From NCBI GenBank assembly GCA_963718875.1, contig OY970378.1, forward strand, positions 947,691 through 1,011,690: a DNA stretch of 64,000 nucleotides. The letters are read 5' to 3'. This stretch comes from Candidatus Parcubacteria bacterium (GTDB lineage Bacteria; Patescibacteriota; Saccharimonadia; UBA4664; JBIOIQ01). The position numbers were made by a program, and so were the translations under genes. The notes under the pieces are model-generated. The model was given only the letters and a program-made list of their open reading frames with translations, was not told the origin of the DNA and ran no database searches. Numbering within the stretch: the stretch's first letter is position 1; the number at the start of each line of letters is the position of its first letter. Positions 59,981-64,000 of the stretch are shown here, in pieces.

Positions 59981-60721
59981 ATGGAAGTCTCGGTTTTGCA
60001 ATGGAATATTTGGGAGCAGGAGCCGATTCATAATGTGGTGGCTTTTTTGAAGTCGCACATGGCCGATATCATTTGTTTACAAGAGTTGACTATCGGAGCG
60101 GCAAACCAGTCAATCAAGCATGGGCCTAATTATATTGCGAAAGAGTTAGGTTATAATTATTACTTCAAAGAGTGTCCGGTTGAGACGGTTAGTGGCGTAA
60201 CAGAGTTGTTTGCCAATGGCATTTTTAGTCGTTTTCCAATTGTTAAATCTAGTTGGTCGCGGATAAATGAGCCGTCTGGAACCGGCGGCTATGACGATGA
60301 AAACCGAGTATATGCTGAAGTTACGCTTAAGATAGACGGCCATAACTTTAGCGTAGGGACTACGCATATGTCTTATACCCATATGTTTGAGGGTACTGAG
60401 CGCAAGCGAACAGAGACCGATAAGATACTTGCCCAGATAGGCCAGCACGAGCAGCAGTTTATTTTCACGGGCGACCTCAATGCCTTGCCCGGGTCATATA
60501 CTGTGGAGGGTATTGGCAAGAAGCTGGTGAATGCCGGACCAGGCTTTGATCAAAAAACTTGGACAACCAAGCCCTTCTCTTACCAAGGGTTTGAAGCTAA
60601 TGAGCTTAGCTGGAGATTGGACTATATTTTTGCCACGCCCGACATTAAAGTTATTTCTTCGGAAATCGTTGCCACTGAGTATTCAGATCACTTGCCTATG
60701 CTAGTTAAATTTAAGCTCTAG
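59981..60721 (+). CDS. Endonuclease/exonuclease/phosphatase (EEP) family protein
   Basis: WNI, CLQE, TH, GDLN, LDYIF, SDHLP. Confidence 0.9.
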   Translation: MEVSVLQWNIWEQEPIHNVVAFLKSHMADIICLQELTIGAANQSIKHGPNYIAKELGYNYYFKECPVETVSGVTELFANGIFSRFPIVKSSWSRINEPSGTGGYDDENRVYAEVTLKIDGHNFSVGTTHMSYTHMFEGTERKRTETDKILAQIGQHEQQFIFTGDLNALPGSYTVEGIGKKLVNAGPGFDQKTWTTKPFSYQGFEANELSWRLDYIFATPDIKVISSEIVATEYSDHLPMLVKFKL

Positions 60722-60800
60722 CCTACTAAAATACGACGACCCAGCAAATGCGCTGGATCGTCGCATCTGCTGGGTCATTAATTTTTGAGCTTACAGCCGG

Positions 60801-61829
60801 TTATACTCCGGCTGGCTCCATGTCTCGGCTGTAGCTGCCGGTGGCGGCGGCTGCGGCGCAGGCTGCGCGGTGGGAGGCCACCTTCTGGGCCTCGGCGACG
60901 TTCTCGCTCGAGCCCTTCCAGGCCTTCAGCGCCCCGTCCTGCAGCGCCCGGCCATATGAGAAGGTCAGCACCCAGGGGTGGGGGCCCGCCTTGTTCATGA
61001 GGTCGAGGTGCTCGGTGGCCACTGCGGCTGACTGCCCGCCGGACAGGAAGGCGATGCCGGGTACCGCGGCGGGCACGGTGCGGTAGAGGAGATCGAGGGT
61101 GCGGTTGGCCACCTCCTGTGCGCTGGCCTGCACGTCGCACTCCTTGCCCGAGATGACCATGTTGGGCTTGAGAACCATGCACCGCAGATCCACCTGCTGC
61201 CGGTGCAGCTCCTGGAAAACCCTGCGATGGGCGCGCAGAGTGGCTTGGTAACAGGCGTCGATGTTGTGCTCGCCGTCCATCACCACCTCGGGCTCGATGA
61301 CCGGCACCAAGCCACCCTCCTGGCAGAGGGCGCCGTAGCGGGCCAGGGCGTGGGCGTTGCAATGGAGGGCGTAGTCGGACGGGTACCCCAGGAGTTCGTC
61401 GATGATGAACACGGCCCGCCACTTGGCGAACTTGGCGCCCAGGCTGACGAACTCCTCGATGCGCTCGCGGAGTCCGTCGAGGCCCTCGGTGACCTGCTCG
61501 TCGTTGTCGAGCGCAAGCGGCTTGGAGCCCGTGTCGACCTTGATCCCCGGCAGGATGTGCTTGGCCTCCAGCAGCTTCGGGAAGGGGGTGCCGTCAGCGG
61601 AGCTCTGCCGGATAGTCTCTTCGTAGAGGATGACGCCACTGATATACTCCTCGAGGCCCGGAATGCTCAGTAGGGTGTCGCGGTAGGCGCGGCGGTTTTC
61701 CTCAGTGGAATCGATGTCGAGCGCCCCGAAGCGCTTGGTGATGGTGGCGTTGCTCTCGTCGGCCGCTAGAACTCCTCGGCCGTGGGCGACCATGGCTTGG
61801 GCCACTGCAGCCAAATCGGTTACAGACAT
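60801..61829 (-). CDS. Class I fructose-bisphosphate aldolase (animal-type family), very GC-rich
   Basis: GVLAADES, GIKVD, FAKWRAV, EPEV, LKPNMV, FLSGGQS, FSYGRALQ. Confidence 0.96.
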   Translation of the reverse strand: MSVTDLAAVAQAMVAHGRGVLAADESNATITKRFGALDIDSTEENRRAYRDTLLSIPGLEEYISGVILYEETIRQSSADGTPFPKLLEAKHILPGIKVDTGSKPLALDNDEQVTEGLDGLRERIEEFVSLGAKFAKWRAVFIIDELLGYPSDYALHCNAHALARYGALCQEGGLVPVIEPEVVMDGEHNIDACYQATLRAHRRVFQELHRQQVDLRCMVLKPNMVISGKECDVQASAQEVANRTLDLLYRTVPAAVPGIAFLSGGQSAAVATEHLDLMNKAGPHPWVLTFSYGRALQDGALKAWKGSSENVAEAQKVASHRAACAAAAATGSYSRDMEPAGV

Positions 61830-62006
61830 TCATACCGCCTTCTGTTCGTTGGAAGCCGATGATCTCGGCCGTTATATTATAGGCTTTAGGGCTTGTTTGA
61901 GGCAATCAAAAGCGTTTTGGCATTACCGTGGGAGCACTTGGTTTTATTGACTTAATAAAGCCTCTGATTTAGAGTTGGCCATACGTTGCATTCTACCGAG
62001 TGAGAG

Positions 62007-62888
62007 GTGGTTAAGATGGACAACGATACGCTTAGAGGCCTCATGCCTTACGGACCCCAATTTCTCCTGATCGACCAAGTGGTCAGCTGGCAACCCGGTG
62101 TTTCGGCTAGGGGTACTTACATGACCGACCCTGATCGGGAGCTAGCGGTAGCCGATCATTTCCCGGATGCGATCTATTGGCCAGGCGTATATAGCGTCGC
62201 CGGGTTGGCAGAGCTGGCCTGGAAGCTTGTCCAGCATCAAGCGCCCGGCATTTTTTGGCGACTAAGCCGACTAGTCGAGGCAAAGTTTTTGCGGCCTGGC
62301 CAGGTCGGCGACCTGCTCGCGATGGACTGTCAGATTGAACGACCCACTGAGCCTCAGCGTGATGGGGTTGTCCAGGTGCGCTGCACAAGCAAGCTTGGTG
62401 CGGGCAAGCGATGCTGCACTGCCATATTGCAGTTCGAGGCCTGTACAGAGGTTGACCCGCGCCGCTTGCGAGCGGCACCTGCTTCCGGTCGTACCGGCTA
62501 TGTCCTGCTTGATTCGCCGCCGATCGTGTCCAATGACGGACTAATCATGACTTCGCAATACCAGATCACCGGACAAGAAACGTTTAGCCTGGCATCGCTT
62601 TTTGGCCACCCCTTGTGGTGGCTGGTACTGGGCGTGGAAACTCCTGCCCAGGCTGGTGTTGTAGCCCTGCGCTCCGATCCGCGCTTTGCTAGTAAGCGGA
62701 TCTTGTTCAGGGGCATCGAAAACGCTGTCTTTCACGCCCTTCCTCTAATTGGACATATGGTGGAGGCGTTGGCCGAACTTGATGCAATGACGGCCGAGGC
62801 AACCCGAGGAGGCGGAAGAGCCACTATGCGGATAGGCGGGGAGCTTTTTGCTGAATCGAGGATCATGTTCAGCTTTATCCCCATGTAG
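62007..62888 (+). CDS. Tandem (double hot-dog) FabZ/FabA-like dehydratase
   Basis: MPYGPQFLLIDQV, DHFP...PGV, AKFLRP...GD; second repeat VETPAQ...FRGIENAVF; promoter TTGACT-N17-TAGAGT. Confidence 0.75.
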   Translation: MVKMDNDTLRGLMPYGPQFLLIDQVVSWQPGVSARGTYMTDPDRELAVADHFPDAIYWPGVYSVAGLAELAWKLVQHQAPGIFWRLSRLVEAKFLRPGQVGDLLAMDCQIERPTEPQRDGVVQVRCTSKLGAGKRCCTAILQFEACTEVDPRRLRAAPASGRTGYVLLDSPPIVSNDGLIMTSQYQITGQETFSLASLFGHPLWWLVLGVETPAQAGVVALRSDPRFASKRILFRGIENAVFHALPLIGHMVEALAELDAMTAEATRGGGRATMRIGGELFAESRIMFSFIPM

Positions 62889-62959
62889 GCTTGTTACTTC
62901 GGAGGGCGGGGAAGTGTTCCCGCCCTCCGACTACTTTCAACCGTTATTATAAATTGATT

Positions 62960-63010
62960 AAAACACGAAAGCCGCCCAGCAGGACGATTTTCGCGTCCTA
63001 CTGAACGGCC
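62960..63010 (-). terminator. Conserved 3' hairpin, duplicated at 63680-63730
   Basis: CACGAAAGCCGCCCAG...CTGAACGGC in both copies. Confidence 0.75.
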
Positions 63011-63663
63011 GCTTCCTCCAGATCAGTCCTTAACTGCCTAGCCAACCGGTTTGCTCGAGCTATGGTTCCGAATGAGTCACGGTATTGTTCTGCAGACCTG
63101 CAAAAGCCCTGGGCGTGGAGGCTGTCTAGACCCGGCGAGCCCACCGAACCGCCCACATAATCCTGAAGCGTTACTAAGTCGGCTAACAGACCTCGCTGCT
63201 CATCAGATACAGGCTCTGGCGCTTGAACAGGAGGGGGAGTTGATACAAGCGGAGCATCAGTTGTTACAACCACAGCTGCAGCAGGTTCCTTTGCCTCGTT
63301 CTTTCGCGGCCGGCCGCGGGGACGCTTGGTGGCTTGGACTTTGCCCTTGTAGAAATACCGGCCACCCCATACACCAGCAGGTTCACGACGGGCCAGTGCA
63401 TCTGTAAAACATGCTTCCTTTACAGGGCATTCTCCGCAAAAAGCTTTGGCGCGGGCGATGTCGTCCAGTTGTTCGGAAAAAAACAGGGCGACGAGGTGTC
63501 CCGTGCCGTCATTGCATCTGGCGTAACTCCATAGGTCAAGCTCTAGTTCTGTACTGTCGATTGCTGACGTAACTGGAATCACCCCCTCTACGATCTCAAG
63601 GAAACTGCTGACGTTACCATTATTGACCCTTGGACTTATATCGTCAATTAATTGAAAGTCCAT
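62998..63663 (-). CDS. WhiB7-like Fe-S transcription factor with AT-hook and an extra C-terminal domain
   Basis: C...CGECPVKEAC...GVWGG...KRPRGRPRK. Confidence 0.92.
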   Translation of the reverse strand: MDFQLIDDISPRVNNGNVSSFLEIVEGVIPVTSAIDSTELELDLWSYARCNDGTGHLVALFFSEQLDDIARAKAFCGECPVKEACFTDALARREPAGVWGGRYFYKGKVQATKRPRGRPRKNEAKEPAAAVVVTTDAPLVSTPPPVQAPEPVSDEQRGLLADLVTLQDYVGGSVGSPGLDSLHAQGFCRSAEQYRDSFGTIARANRLARQLRTDLEEAAVQ

Positions 63664-63748
63664 ACTTAAATTTAGTTTTAAAGCACGAAAGCCGCCCAGA
63701 TGGACAACTTACGTGTCCGACTGAACGGCGGGATGAGTCGGGATGTTA

Positions 63749-63997
63749 TTAACCAGGGCCGTCGACTACCGTGGCCCTAAGCGCTACATCGACGGCCAGA
63801 TGAGGTGTGGTCTTCTTCCCAGTTGTGAGAATAATGATTCCCGTATCCGGATGAAATTCGCCCACTTGACGCCTTCCTGTACCTGGGTAATCAACCCAGG
63901 CGCCGGGCTTAAGTTTTCTTTTCCTAAGTATAGCCTGAAGTCCATCCTGGATTTTCCCCTCAATGTCCTCAGCTGTGTCAGAGTCCTTAATTTTCAC
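63749..63997 (-). CDS. Hypothetical protein (probably 5'-truncated by the window edge)
   Basis: Open frame at the window end followed by a conserved hairpin. Confidence 0.5.
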   Translation of the reverse strand: MKIKDSDTAEDIEGKIQDGLQAILRKRKLKPGAWVDYPGTGRRQVGEFHPDTGIIILTTGKKTTPHLAVDVALRATVVDGPG

Positions 63998-64000
63998 TCC

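Noticed and set aside
60778-61950. Multiple long alternative-frame ORFs over the aldolase
   Set aside because: Expected artefact of very high GC content

Overview
Chromosomal window from a small-genome bacterium, most likely Patescibacteria/CPR and plausibly Saccharimonadia. This is inferred from the short AlaRS, the LeuRS with a NUDIX insertion, the ftsA plus baseplate-J-like gene pair, the pilin-like ORF and the actinobacterial-type genes. A minus-strand housekeeping backbone runs leuS, ddl, murF, obgE, mltG, ruvX, ftsA, guaA, alaS, mnmA, iscS, tatD, metG, pyrD, rsmA, rpfB-like, pcrA, tpiA, pgk, pyk and fba, with pyrC on the plus strand. Two tRNA-Ala genes and one frameshifted IS30 are also present. 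The backbone is interleaved with short GC-richer orphan cassettes that carry their own sigma70 promoters and terminators. Most notable: (1) several REP/RPE-like palindrome families fill the intergenic DNA and are also inserted in frame in at least six housekeeping proteins; (2) a ~470-nt, highly structured, promoter- and terminator-bounded non-coding unit at 8047-8515 that I cannot assign to a known RNA class; (3) palindrome-decorated tRNA-Ala derivatives, one split around a GIY-YIG gene and one forming a tandem tRNA-like repeat; (4) actinobacterial-type regulators (WhiB7-like, ECF sigma), each fused to an extra putative DNA-binding domain, plus a very GC-rich class I aldolase, consistent with acquisition from an actinobacterial host. 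All calls were made by eye without database searches.
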